Shown here: piece by piece, positions 19,538-29,194 of the stretch
How positions within the stretch are numbered: position 1 is the stretch's first letter
Layout: every line of letters begins with the position of its first letter
Assembly: GCA_963778655.1 (NCBI GenBank)
Contig: CAVZVA010000009.1
Location: forward strand, 1,024,001 to 1,088,000
Direction of reading: 5' to 3'
Length of the DNA stretch: 64,000 bases
Origin: an uncultured delta proteobacterium
GTDB taxonomy: Bacteria; Myxococcota_A; Polyangia; Polyangiales; JAFGIB01
Translations under genes and position numbers: made by a program
The notes under the pieces: generated by a model
What the model was told of the DNA's origin: nothing
What the model saw: the letters and a program-made list of their open reading frames with translations, nothing else
The model's database searches: none

Positions 19538-20065
19538 ATGGATCCTTTTTCCACGCTGGGCTTGCCCCGGCGCTACGAGATCGACGTGCAAGAGCTCGAA
19601 CACCGCTACCGGGAGCTGCAGAGGGCGCTCCATCCCGACCGCCACGCAGGGGCGAGCGCGTCGGAGCGGCGCATGAGCCTGCAGAACGCGGTCAGCGTCA
19701 ACGAGGCCTATCGCACGCTCAAGGACGATCTGCGGCGCGCCGAGTCGCTGCTCGCGTTGTGCGCATCCCCCGCCGACTCGGAGCCCGTGCCCGACCAGGA
19801 GTTTCTGCTCGAGGTGATGGAGCTGCGCGAGGCGCTGTCCGAGGCCAAGGCCGCAGGCGACCTGCCGCGAGCGCGCAAGCTGGCGGCCCAGGTGAGCGCG
19901 GCAAAGACGCGGGCGCAAGCGGCGCTGGCCGCGGCTTTTGCCAAGCTGCCCGAGCCGCCGTCGGCAGCGGAGCTTTCGGCCGCGCGCGCCCAGGTCGGCC
20001 GGCTCAAGTACTTCCGGCGCTTCCTCGACGAAGTGGGCGTGATGGAGGAGGAGGCGCTGGGCTGA
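19538..20065 (+). CDS. hscB: Co-chaperone HscB
   Basis: J-domain [23 protein letters not shown]. Confidence 0.93.
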   Translation: MDPFSTLGLPRRYEIDVQELEHRYRELQRALHPDRHAGASASERRMSLQNAVSVNEAYRTLKDDLRRAESLLALCASPADSEPVPDQEFLLEVMELREALSEAKAAGDLPRARKLAAQVSAAKTRAQAALAAAFAKLPEPPSAAELSAARAQVGRLKYFRRFLDEVGVMEEEALG

Positions 20066-21978
20066 TGGCCTTGCTGCAGATCGACGACCCGAGCGCGGGG
20101 CCCAGGCCGATCGGCATCGACCTCGGCACCACCAACAGCCTGGTCGCGTATGTGCCGCCGGTCGGCTCGGCTGCGGTGATTCTCGACTGTGACAACGACG
20201 CCTTGCTGCCCTCGGCCGTGCACTACGGTGCGTCCGGCTCGGTGGTGGCCGGTCGCGCGGCGCTGGCGCTGGCGCGCGACTTTCCCCGCGACACCATCGT
20301 CAGTGTCAAGCGCTTCATGGGCCGTGGCGCCGATGATCCCGAGACGCGAAGGCTGGGGCCCTACCGCTTCGCCTCGCAGACCGGCCCGGTGGTGCGCTTC
20401 GAGGTGGCCGGCGAGCGCGTGGTGACGCCGGTCGAGGTCAGCGCCGAGATTCTGCGCGCGCTCAAGCAACGCGCGCAGGACGAGATCGGCCCGGTCGGCG
20501 GCGCTGTGATCACGGTGCCGGCCTATTTCGACGATGCGCAGCGTCAGGCCACCAAGGACGCGGGCAAGCTCGCTGGCCTGCAGGTGCTGCGCCTGCTCAA
20601 CGAGCCCACGGCCGCGGCGTTGGCCTACGGCCTGGAGAGCCGCCGCAACGGCACGTTCGCGGTCTATGACCTCGGCGGCGGCACCTTCGATGTAACCGTG
20701 CTGGTGCTGGACGACGGCGTGTTTCAGGTGCGCTCGACCGGGGGCGACAGCCAGCTCGGCGGCGACGACATGGACCGGTTGCTCGCCGAGACGCTGCTGC
20801 GTGAGCTGGGCGAAGGCGCGCGAGCCGCGGCGGAACCCGAGCTGGTGCGGGTGATGCTGGACGCGGCGCGCGCGATCAAGCACGCGCTGAGCGAGCGCGA
20901 CGTGGTCGAGGCCGAGATCGAGCTGCCCGGCGGTGGCACGCACCGAAGGGGCGTGAGCCGCGACGAGCTCGAGCGCATGGTGCAGCCGCTGCTGGACCGC
21001 ACCGGCAACGCGTGCCGGCGCGCGCTGCGCGACGCGGGTCTGCAAGCCTCGGAGCTCGACGGGGTGATCCTGGTGGGGGGCGCCACGCGCATGCCGGGCG
21101 TCAGGCACTACGTGAGCGAGCTGTTCGGCCGGCCGCTGCTCGACGGCATCGATCCGGAGCAGGTGGTGGCGGTCGGCGCGGCGATTCAGGCCGACGTGCT
21201 GGCGGGCCAGGCGCCGAGCGAGCAGGTGCTGCTGCTCGACGTGCTGCCGCTCTCGCTCGGCATCGAAGCGATGGGCGGCGTGGTCGAGAAGATCCTGCCG
21301 CGCAACAGCGCCATTCCCGCGGCCGCGGCCCAGGTGTTCACCACCTACGCCGACAACCAGACCGGTTTCGAGCTGCACGTGGTGCAGGGCGAGCGCGAGA
21401 CCGCGGAGGACTGCCGCTCGCTGGCGCGCTTCACCCTACGCGGCATCCCGCCCATGCCGGCGGGCATGGCGCGGTTGCAGGTGCGCTTCGAGGTCGACAC
21501 CGACGCGCTCTTGCACGTGACCGCCAAGGAGCTGGTGACCGGCATCGAGCAGCAGGTCGAGGTCAAGCCCAGCTACGGCCTCGGCGACGAGGAGATCGAG
21601 CGCATGCTGCTCGACGCCTACGACCACGCCGAGGGCGACGTGACTGCGCGCGCGCTGCGCGAGGAGCGAGTCGAGGCCCGCCGCATGCTGGCGGCGACCG
21701 AAGGCGCATTGGATCGCGACGCAGCCCTGCTCGAACCCGGCGAACGCGCGCAGATCGAGCGCGCGATGCAGGCGCTGCGCGCGGCGGCCGCTGGCGAAGA
21801 TCACCGCGCGATCCACGCGCGCGTGGACGACCTCGACCACATCTGCCGGCCCTTTGCCGGGCGCCGAATGGACGCGAGCATCCGCCGGGCGCTGTCGGGC
21901 CGCACCGTGGAGGACGTGGAACGCGAGACCGCGCACGCCCGGGGCATCGAGGGTCATCTCGGCTCGGGTCAGGAGTGA
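20065..21978 (+). CDS. hscA: Fe-S assembly chaperone HscA (Hsp70 family)
   Basis: [39 protein letters not shown] overlaps the hscB stop. Confidence 0.95.
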   Translation: MALLQIDDPSAGPRPIGIDLGTTNSLVAYVPPVGSAAVILDCDNDALLPSAVHYGASGSVVAGRAALALARDFPRDTIVSVKRFMGRGADDPETRRLGPYRFASQTGPVVRFEVAGERVVTPVEVSAEILRALKQRAQDEIGPVGGAVITVPAYFDDAQRQATKDAGKLAGLQVLRLLNEPTAAALAYGLESRRNGTFAVYDLGGGTFDVTVLVLDDGVFQVRSTGGDSQLGGDDMDRLLAETLLRELGEGARAAAEPELVRVMLDAARAIKHALSERDVVEAEIELPGGGTHRRGVSRDELERMVQPLLDRTGNACRRALRDAGLQASELDGVILVGGATRMPGVRHYVSELFGRPLLDGIDPEQVVAVGAAIQADVLAGQAPSEQVLLLDVLPLSLGIEAMGGVVEKILPRNSAIPAAAAQVFTTYADNQTGFELHVVQGERETAEDCRSLARFTLRGIPPMPAGMARLQVRFEVDTDALLHVTAKELVTGIEQQVEVKPSYGLGDEEIERMLLDAYDHAEGDVTARALREERVEARRMLAATEGALDRDAALLEPGERAQIERAMQALRAAAAGEDHRAIHARVDDLDHICRPFAGRRMDASIRRALSGRTVEDVERETAHARGIEGHLGSGQE

Positions 21979-21981
21979 GCG

Positions 21982-22383
21982 ATGCCGAAGGTGCGCTTTC
22001 TCAAGGAGAAGCTGGAGGTCGAGGTGCCGGACGGGACCAGCATCCTTGAGGCATCGCGGCTGTGTGGCGCGCCCGAGGGCGACCGCTGCGGCGGCGTGTG
22101 CGCGTGCTCGACCTGCCACGTGTACGTGGTGCGGGGGCTCGACGCGACCTCCGAGATCGAAGACGAGGAGGCGGACATCCTCGACAAGGCGTTCGACGTG
22201 CGCATGGAGTCGCGCTTGGGCTGCCAGGCCAAGATCCACGGCGACCTGGACGTGGTGATCAGCGACGAGAGCTTCAGCGCGTTTCTCGACGAGCACCCCG
22301 ACCGCGCCGCGCACGCCAAAGAGGTGCGCGCCGCTGCCGAACGCACCGACGCGACGCCCGAGGCGGGCGCCGAGCGCGACTGA
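21982..22383 (+). CDS. fdx: ISC 2Fe-2S ferredoxin
   Basis: CGGVCACSTCHV..SRLGCQ. Confidence 0.93.
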   Translation: MPKVRFLKEKLEVEVPDGTSILEASRLCGAPEGDRCGGVCACSTCHVYVVRGLDATSEIEDEEADILDKAFDVRMESRLGCQAKIHGDLDVVISDESFSAFLDEHPDRAAHAKEVRAAAERTDATPEAGAERD

Positions 22384-22390
22384 GCGCCGG

Positions 22391-23701
22391 CTATTTGGGC
22401 GCGGGCGGGGTAGGGCCGTCTCCCGCGGCCTTCTCGGCCGGGTCCTGCGTGCCGGCCGCATCCTGCTCGGCCTGCTTGGCGCGCAGCGCCTTGGCGATGT
22501 CGTGGCGGTGCGTCTCGAAGGTCTTGCGCATCGCCATGCCGGCCTTGCCCAGCAGCGCCTGCTTGTTGTCCGTGTACCAGGTGAGCGAGGCGTCGCGCCA
22601 GGCGTTGGTCTGATCGAGCACGGGCAGCACGTGGCGCGCGAACAGCTCGTAGCTCTTCTTGGTGCGTTCGAAGCTCGCCCAGTTGTGCGCAAGCAACAGA
22701 TAACAGCCGAAGCCGCCGCTCTTTTCGCGCAGGCGCGCGAGCTGGCGCACCGCGTCCTCGGGCGTGCCGATCACCGCGCGACCCGACTCCACCATGGCCT
22801 GCGCGGGATTGCGCGCCGATAGGTCGTCGCCGGCCGCGGTCGGATTGACGCGGCCGAAGTAGTCGATCCACTTCTGCAGCCCGTATTCCACGTCGGCGAG
22901 CGCTTGCTCGCGTGTCTCGGCCAGGTGCATGGGCCCCACCAAGCGCAGCGCGCGCCGGTCCATGCGGTGGCCGTGCTCGCGTGCGACCTCGCAGGCGATG
23001 CGCCAGTTGGTGTCGAGCACGTCGTAGCCCTGCACTTGCGTGGCAGCCACGCACAGCAACCCGAGCTCGTGCTTGCCCGCGAGCTTGGCGCCCGAGGGCG
23101 TGATTGTGCTGGCCACCGCGAGCTCGGGCCGCGGCCACGTGAAGGGCCGCAGCTGGCAACGCGCGTTCTTGAGCGTGAACCACTCGCACTGGTAGTCGAT
23201 GGTCTCACCCGCGAGCAGGCGCACGATGACGTCGAGGGCCTCGGCCATGCGCTCGCGCTGCGCGCTGACCGGGACGCCGAGCATTTCGGCGTCGGTGGGC
23301 AGCAGCCCGGGGCCCACGCCCACCATCACCCGGCCGCGCGTCATGTGATCCAGCTGGATGATGCGGTCGGCCACCATCAGCGGATGGTGATAGGGCAGCG
23401 AGATCACGCCGGTGCCGAGCCGGATGCGCCGCGTGCGCTCGGCCGCAGCGGCGATGAACAGCTCGGGCGAGGCGATGATCTCGTAGCCAGCGGAGTGGTG
23501 CTCGCCGATCCACGCCTCGTCGAACCCGAGCCGGTCGAGGTGCTCGACCAACTCGAGGTCGCGCTGGATCGCCAGGGTAGGGTCCTCGTCGACAGGGTGA
23601 AACGGCGCCAGAAAGATGCCGGCGCGTAATCGCCCGCCCGGCTGTGGGGCGGCCGGCGCGGGCGCCTGCTCGCGGTCACTGCTCTGTGATGGCTCGGACA
23701 T
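22391..23701 (-). CDS. LLM-class flavin-dependent monooxygenase
   Basis: GIFLAPFH, GFDEAWIGEHHS, IRLGTGV. Confidence 0.88.
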   Translation of the reverse strand: MSEPSQSSDREQAPAPAAPQPGGRLRAGIFLAPFHPVDEDPTLAIQRDLELVEHLDRLGFDEAWIGEHHSAGYEIIASPELFIAAAAERTRRIRLGTGVISLPYHHPLMVADRIIQLDHMTRGRVMVGVGPGLLPTDAEMLGVPVSAQRERMAEALDVIVRLLAGETIDYQCEWFTLKNARCQLRPFTWPRPELAVASTITPSGAKLAGKHELGLLCVAATQVQGYDVLDTNWRIACEVAREHGHRMDRRALRLVGPMHLAETREQALADVEYGLQKWIDYFGRVNPTAAGDDLSARNPAQAMVESGRAVIGTPEDAVRQLARLREKSGGFGCYLLLAHNWASFERTKKSYELFARHVLPVLDQTNAWRDASLTWYTDNKQALLGKAGMAMRKTFETHRHDIAKALRAKQAEQDAAGTQDPAEKAAGDGPTPPAPK

Positions 23702-23921
23702 CGGCTCTCCGGTTGACGAGGCGTGGTTTTGCGAGCGGGTCCCGGCGCGGACCATGCCACCGATCTCGAGTTTAATTCAAGTCGCAGGCATTCCGGCCCC
23801 GCGGCCGCGCGGTTGCCCCGGTGCCGGCAAGCGAGCTTCGGGGCGCCCTTGCGTTTGTCCGAATTGTCGGCTAAATCCCGGTGCTTACGAGCAGGCGGCT
23901 GCTTCTTCCGCCGGCTCGCAC

Positions 23922-23995
23922 GGGCGGTTAGCTCAGCTGGATAGAGCGTCGGCCTCCGGAGCCGAAGGTCACGCGTTCGAATCGCGTACCGCCCG
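23922..23995 (+). tRNA. tRNA-Arg (anticodon CCG), CCA not encoded
   Basis: GGGCGGT/ACCGCCC acceptor stem, D-arm AGCTCAGCTGGATAGAGC, anticodon arm TCGGC-CTCCGGA-GCCGA, T-loop GTTCGAATC. Confidence 0.96.
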
Positions 23996-24435
23996 CGATT
24001 TCAATCGATCCGCTCAGCGCCGGGGGGCGGGGGCTGATCGCGCTCTGCCGCGAGCCACGCGCTCGCATGCGGGGCGTCTTGCACAAGACTCAAAATCCGT
24101 ACCCGAGCCGCCGAGAGTCGGGAGTAATGGCGATTGCGATTTGTTTTCGCAGAACGGTGAGCAAAGCGCGCTCGGATCGAATTCAAAGGCCCTGGAACAC
24201 CAGCTCGCCTTCCGCTAGATTCTTCGGGGTGGTTGGTCTCCATGCAATGGCGCTCGAGGTGTGCCCCTGTACGGGCTTGCGACCGGCTTCCGCGCGGTGT
24301 TATCAGACCGTGCGGTGCCGTCTGGGTGCTGGCCGCGAATGGATGGGGCCATGGGTGAGAGGGAGGGCCGGCCGCTCTGGATGATGACTCGAGGCGTGCC
24401 CGCGTGGACGCGCGCGTGGCTCTCGGACTGACGTG

Positions 24436-25149
24436 ATGTTCGACGACTTCTGCCCCAGCAAGACGAGCCTCCAATCGCGCAAGCGGTTCCGTGGATCGAT
24501 GGCCGCGGCCGTCGTCATCTACACCAGCTCGTTCGCGGCCGTAGTGGCCGCGACGGCCACCGTGCACAAGGTCGTCGAAGAGAAGCTGACCCAGGTCGAG
24601 TTCGCGCCTCCTCCGCCTCCTCCCCCTCCGCCTCCTCCGCCTCCGGTGCAGGCAGCGCCACCTCCGCCCCGGCCGCGACCCAAGGTGAAGCGACCGGAGC
24701 TCGCGCCGCCCGACGAGGTGCCGGAGGAGAAACCCGAGGAGTCGGACAAGCCGCTCGCGGACGTGGATCCCGCCGGTCCTGCCGACGGCTTTCTCGACGG
24801 CGTCGAGGGCGGCACTGGAACCGCTCCGGCTCCGCCTCCGCCTCCGCCTCCCCCGCCGCCCAAGATCGCGCCCCTCATGCCGGCACTTCCAATCGCCGGC
24901 AACAGCTACAAGCCCAAGTATTCAGCGAGCATCCGCCGCAAGGGGATCGAAGGCACCGTGGTGATCACATTCGACGTGTTGGAGGACGGGAGCGTCGCGA
25001 ACGTCCAGGCGCTGAGCGGCCCCGAAGAGCTGCGCGAGGCCGTGGTCAAGGCAGCTCGTTCCTGGCGCTTTCAGCCCGCGCGCCGCGGCAACCAGCGCGT
25101 GCGCTATCGCATGAAGAAGACGGTGGTCTTTCGTCTGGAAGACGCGTGA
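24436..25149 (+). CDS. tonB: TonB family energy transducer
   Basis: N-terminal membrane anchor, poly-Pro spacer, TonB C-terminal domain (GIEGTVVITFDV..GSV..WRFQPA). Confidence 0.85.
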   Translation: MFDDFCPSKTSLQSRKRFRGSMAAAVVIYTSSFAAVVAATATVHKVVEEKLTQVEFAPPPPPPPPPPPPPVQAAPPPPRPRPKVKRPELAPPDEVPEEKPEESDKPLADVDPAGPADGFLDGVEGGTGTAPAPPPPPPPPPPKIAPLMPALPIAGNSYKPKYSASIRRKGIEGTVVITFDVLEDGSVANVQALSGPEELREAVVKAARSWRFQPARRGNQRVRYRMKKTVVFRLEDA

Positions 25150-25211
25150 GGACTTGATCGAACGCTGCACCGCGCTGCGGGCGGCAGAATGCCGTAAGGA
25201 GAAGGTCAGGG

Positions 25212-25943
25212 ATGCAAATCAATCTCATCGAGCTTTGGCACACCATGGGCTTGCCCGTGCGCTGTGTCGTCGTCCTGCTCAGCATTCAGGCGGTCGCGTG
25301 CGTGGCGGTGGTGATCGACCGCTTGTTGGTGCTGGCCAGCTCCTCGACCCGGGCCCGCGGCTTCGCCGCTGCGGTGCAACCCGCGATGCAGGCCGGTGAC
25401 TACGAGCGCGTGCTGGCGGAGGTCAGCGGGGTCAAGGCCAATCACCTCGCCGCCTACCTGGAGCTTGGCCTGCGCACGTTTCTCACGCGTCGTGCCGCGG
25501 GCGACGGTCTCGAGCGCGCCGCCGAGTTGACGCGCCGCGCGCTCGAGCGCAAGGGCGACGCGATCAGTCGCGACATGAACCGCGGCATGAACATCCTGGC
25601 GTCCACCGGCTCGACCGCTCCCTTCGTGGGCCTGCTCGGAACCGTGCTGGGCATCATCAACGCGTTCAAGCTGATCTCGGCCACCGGCTCAGGCGGCATC
25701 GGCACCATCGGCGCGGCCATCGCCGAAGCGCTGGTGGTGACCGGCTACGGATTGACCGTGGCCATCCCGTCGGTCTTGCTGTTCAACTGGATCTCCTATC
25801 GCATCTCGATCTACGAGGCCGGTCTGCTCAACGCCGGTAGCGAGCTGGTGGACCAGATGGAGACCGGCGGAGGCGCCACGGCCAGCCGCGGGCAGACAGC
25901 AGACGGGCGCTCGGTGGCCCGCGCAGCCGCGGTGACGGGCTGA
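25212..25943 (+). CDS. MotA/TolQ/ExbB proton channel protein
   Basis: STAPFVGLLGTVLGI..AIAEALVVTGYGL. Confidence 0.92.
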   Translation: MQINLIELWHTMGLPVRCVVVLLSIQAVACVAVVIDRLLVLASSSTRARGFAAAVQPAMQAGDYERVLAEVSGVKANHLAAYLELGLRTFLTRRAAGDGLERAAELTRRALERKGDAISRDMNRGMNILASTGSTAPFVGLLGTVLGIINAFKLISATGSGGIGTIGAAIAEALVVTGYGLTVAIPSVLLFNWISYRISIYEAGLLNAGSELVDQMETGGGATASRGQTADGRSVARAAAVTG

Positions 25944-25945
25944 GC

Positions 25946-26377
25946 ATGCGCCAGCTGTCGCGCGCCGCGTTCCGGCCGGTGCCGGTCATGAACGTCACGC
26001 CGCTGGTCGACGTGGTGTTGGTGCTGCTCATCATCTTCATGGTGGTGATTCCGATGATGGAGAAGTCCCACGTGGTGCTGCCGAGCATCTTCAACGTCGA
26101 TCCCGACGCCAAGAGCAAGACCGACCCCTTCACGCTGTCGCTCACCTCCGACGGCGGCATGTATTTCGAGCGCGACCGGCTGGAGCCGGACGAATTCATG
26201 GCCAAGCTGCGCGCGGCCAACCAGCGCGAGCCGCAACGGCGCCTGGTGCTACGCGCCGATCACGCCGCCCACTACGGTGACGTGCGCAAGCTGTTCAAGC
26301 TTTGCCAGGAGATCGGGTTTCCCGGCATCTCGCTGCGCGTCAACGAGCGCAAGGACGCCGCGCACCCGACGCATTGA
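25946..26377 (+). CDS. ExbD/TolR family protein
   Basis: MNVTPLVDVVLVLLIIFMV. Confidence 0.9.
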   Translation: MRQLSRAAFRPVPVMNVTPLVDVVLVLLIIFMVVIPMMEKSHVVLPSIFNVDPDAKSKTDPFTLSLTSDGGMYFERDRLEPDEFMAKLRAANQREPQRRLVLRADHAAHYGDVRKLFKLCQEIGFPGISLRVNERKDAAHPTH

Positions 26378-26389
26378 ACGGAGTGACCG

Positions 26390-26824
26390 ATGGCGATGGA
26401 TCTGGGACAGAAGGGCAGCAAGCCGGGGCGCGCGAAGCCGAATATGAACGTCACGCCGCTGGTCGACGTCGTGCTCGTCCTGCTGATCATCTTCATGGTG
26501 ATCACGCCGCTGCTCGCCAAGCAGTTCTGGATCAATCTGCCCAACAAGGTGGAGAAGCAGCCGCCGGACACGCCCGACAAGGATCAGCCGATCGTGGTGA
26601 GCGTGACCAAGAGTGGCGACATCAAGATCAACCGCGAGGTGGTGGCCAAGGACCAGTTCTCCGCCAAGTTGCACCGGGTGCTGGCGGCGCGCCAGCAGCG
26701 TACGGTGTTCTTTGACGCCGACGACGACGCGGAGTTCGGGCCCGCGGTCGAAGCCATGGACCTCGCGCGCGGGGGCGGCGCCACCACCATCGCGGTGCTG
26801 ACCGATGCGCTAGCCAAGCACTGA
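26390..26824 (+). CDS. ExbD/TolR family protein (second copy)
   Basis: MNVTPLVDVVLVLLIIFMV. Confidence 0.9.
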   Translation: MAMDLGQKGSKPGRAKPNMNVTPLVDVVLVLLIIFMVITPLLAKQFWINLPNKVEKQPPDTPDKDQPIVVSVTKSGDIKINREVVAKDQFSAKLHRVLAARQQRTVFFDADDDAEFGPAVEAMDLARGGGATTIAVLTDALAKH

Positions 26825-26843
26825 GCGCCGGCAGCGGCGGCGC

Positions 26844-27890
26844 TCACTTCTTCCAGTACGCCAGCTGCTCTTTGTCCGCGTACTTGAGGGCGATCTTCTC
26901 GGCCTTGTCCACCAGCGCCTGGGTGTAGATGCGCCCGACCAGACGGCGCCGCAGCTGGCGGCCAGCTTCCCACCACTCTCCCGGGTCCTCGGCCTTGACG
27001 GCGGTGTAGCCGCGCTTGAGCAGGCGACTGAAGATCTTGTCGTCTTCCTTGCGGATCTCGACCTGGTTGTCGTGCGCCTGCTCGCTCACGATTTGCGTCA
27101 TGCCCTTCTTGCCCGACTCCGGCAGCGGCTCCCACGCGGGGCGCCGGATCACGACCGCGCCGTTGATGAAGCCCAGGCCCTGCGCCGAGACGAAGCTGGC
27201 GGTGCGGTGCCACTGCAGCGCGGCCGCCAGCGCAGAGGTCGACCAGAACGTGTCGATCATGCCCGTCTGCATGCCGCCGTACACCTCGGCGAGGCTGAGC
27301 GGCACGCCAGTGGCGCCGATCTCTCGGTAGAACTCCTTGAGCATCTCGCTGGCCGGGTAGAGCCAGGGCCGCGACGACTTGAGGTCGCTGACTTTCGAGA
27401 TCTTGTGCTTCGAGAACAGCCGCAGCCGGCCGACGTCGCCCCACACCAGGGTCTTGAAGCCGTTGCGGTAGGCTTCCTCGTCGAACTGCGGTGTGAGCGC
27501 GGCGCGCACGGCATCGACCTGCTCGTAGTTGCGGAAGAGCCCGGGGGTCTGCAGCACCAGGCACTCGCGTACGAACTGACTGAGCACATCGAGCCCGAGC
27601 GGGCTGCCATCGATCTGGCCCATGCGCATCTTGCGCAAGACGTCCTGCTCGTCGCCGGCCGCGCCGCCCCAGTAGACGCGCACCTGGACCTGGTTGTCGG
27701 TCATTTCGGCCAGGCGCTTGTTGTATTTTTTTTCCTCGACTGCAAGCTTCGGGGTTCGAGGGACAATCAACGCGAACTTGAGCATGGTCCGCTCGCCGGC
27801 TGCGACCTTCCGCACGCCCGGCATCACGCCCAATGCGAGCGCGAGCACGCACATCCACAGCCACTGTCGCGTCGACACCACTCTCCTCAT
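26844..27890 (-). CDS. TRAP transporter substrate-binding protein (DctP family)
   Basis: GGAAGDEQDVLRKMRMGQIDG, EVYGGMQTGMID. Confidence 0.85.
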   Translation of the reverse strand: MRRVVSTRQWLWMCVLALALGVMPGVRKVAAGERTMLKFALIVPRTPKLAVEEKKYNKRLAEMTDNQVQVRVYWGGAAGDEQDVLRKMRMGQIDGSPLGLDVLSQFVRECLVLQTPGLFRNYEQVDAVRAALTPQFDEEAYRNGFKTLVWGDVGRLRLFSKHKISKVSDLKSSRPWLYPASEMLKEFYREIGATGVPLSLAEVYGGMQTGMIDTFWSTSALAAALQWHRTASFVSAQGLGFINGAVVIRRPAWEPLPESGKKGMTQIVSEQAHDNQVEIRKEDDKIFSRLLKRGYTAVKAEDPGEWWEAGRQLRRRLVGRIYTQALVDKAEKIALKYADKEQLAYWKK

Positions 27891-28147
27891 CGTTGAACCC
27901 TCCGAGCTTGGACGGCCAAGGGTATGGCCGATTCAGCGGCCTTGGGTATTTGGCACATCCGTAGGGGGTTGTACAGCGCGGCCGATCGCCGGTCGCTGGG
28001 GTGCTGCGCGCTACGCGGGCGTCGGGTGCCGAGGTTAGCGATATGCCCGCTGCTGTGCGCCGGCGTCCGCGTCTGGCGCGTGGCGCGTGTGCAGCGGCCG
28101 GGTGCCGCAGCGTCTCGTCACGCGCGCAAGCGCAGCGCGTTCATCGC

Positions 28148-28834
28148 TCACTGCCGCAGGTTGTACTTGAGGATGCAGTACAGCGCGCGCACGCCGTCCT
28201 TCCATCCGATCTTCTTGCCTTCGTCGTACGTGCGGCCGCTGTAGGATACGCCCACCTCGTACACGCGAAAGCCGCCTCGCGCCACTTTGGCGGTGATCTC
28301 TGGCTCGATGCCGAAGCGGCTCTCCTCGATTTCGAACGACTGCAGGACCTCGCGGCGGAAGAGCTTGTAGCCGACCTCCATGTCCGTGAGGTTGAGATTG
28401 GTGAAGGCGTTGGACAAGGTGGTCAGGACGCGGTTGCCCACCGAGTGCCAGTAATACAGCACCCTGTGCGATTGACCTCCGGCGAAGCGGCTTCCGTACA
28501 CCACGTCGGCTTTGCCGTCGAGGATCGGCTGCAGCAGGTGGGGGTAGTCGGCAGGATCGTATTCCAGGTCGGCGTCCTGGATCAGCACGATGTCGCCGCG
28601 CGCCTCCCGAACCGCCCTACGGATCGCGGCGCCCTTGCCCTGGTTGGTTTCCTGGAAGAACACGCGTACCCGCGGGTCGCGCGCCAGATCGCGCAACACC
28701 TCGCGCGTGCCATCGATCGAGGCGTCGTCCACGATCACGATCTCGCAGTCGGCCGCAACGGCCTGCACGCGTTTGACCACCTTGGCGATGGTCTGCTCTT
28801 CGTTGAACACAGGAATCAAAACCGACAGAAGCAT
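28148..28834 (-). CDS. Glycosyltransferase family 2 (polyprenol-phosphate mannosyltransferase-like)
   Basis: LSVLIPVFNEE, VDDASIDGT, NQGKGAA, IQDADLEYDP; start Met at 28834. Confidence 0.92.
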   Translation of the reverse strand: MLLSVLIPVFNEEQTIAKVVKRVQAVAADCEIVIVDDASIDGTREVLRDLARDPRVRVFFQETNQGKGAAIRRAVREARGDIVLIQDADLEYDPADYPHLLQPILDGKADVVYGSRFAGGQSHRVLYYWHSVGNRVLTTLSNAFTNLNLTDMEVGYKLFRREVLQSFEIEESRFGIEPEITAKVARGGFRVYEVGVSYSGRTYDEGKKIGWKDGVRALYCILKYNLRQ

Positions 28835-28929
28835 GATTGTGGTCTTGTACCGCGAACCGGCGCTCAGGTCGCGGGTAGCGCATGCTCCTTCTGCGTGTTC
28901 CAGACGGCGCCGGCGGCGTGCAGGGCCGC

Positions 28930-29170
28930 GCCTCGGGCAGCCGCATGCCGAGCCGCGACCGTACCAGGAAGGCACCTTCGTGCTGCGCTGCCGTAGCACC
29001 CCGCGCGCGTGACCTCGCCGCCCATCGCGGCGAGGAAGAACGGGTCGAGGTGCCCCATGGTCGGGGCCCCGAGCGCGCGCAACACGCGCGGGTGCACCTG
29101 ACTCGGCCGGGCCCATCAACAGCCGGGCCCGGGAATCGAGCGGGGCAAGACGTTCGAGGTCGAGAGCCAT
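28930..29170 (-). pseudogene. Truncated, frameshifted remnant of a class-V (alanine/serine-glyoxylate) aminotransferase
   Basis: RLLMGP in one frame continues as SQVHPRVLRALGAPTMGHLDPFF in another; similarity then decays; 3' boundary approximate. Confidence 0.7.
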
Positions 29171-29194
29171 CGCGCGCGGAGCTAGTCCAGCGGA

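Noticed and set aside
23922..24430. tRNA-anchored genomic island or prophage
   Set aside because: No integrase, no duplicated tRNA 3' end and no phage genes seen in the window.
24600..24865. CCT/CCG microsatellite-like tracts
   Set aside because: They encode the normal poly-proline spacer of TonB.
28835..29170. N-terminal extension of the glycosyltransferase
   Set aside because: GT2 homology starts at Met 28834; the upstream sequence is the aminotransferase remnant.
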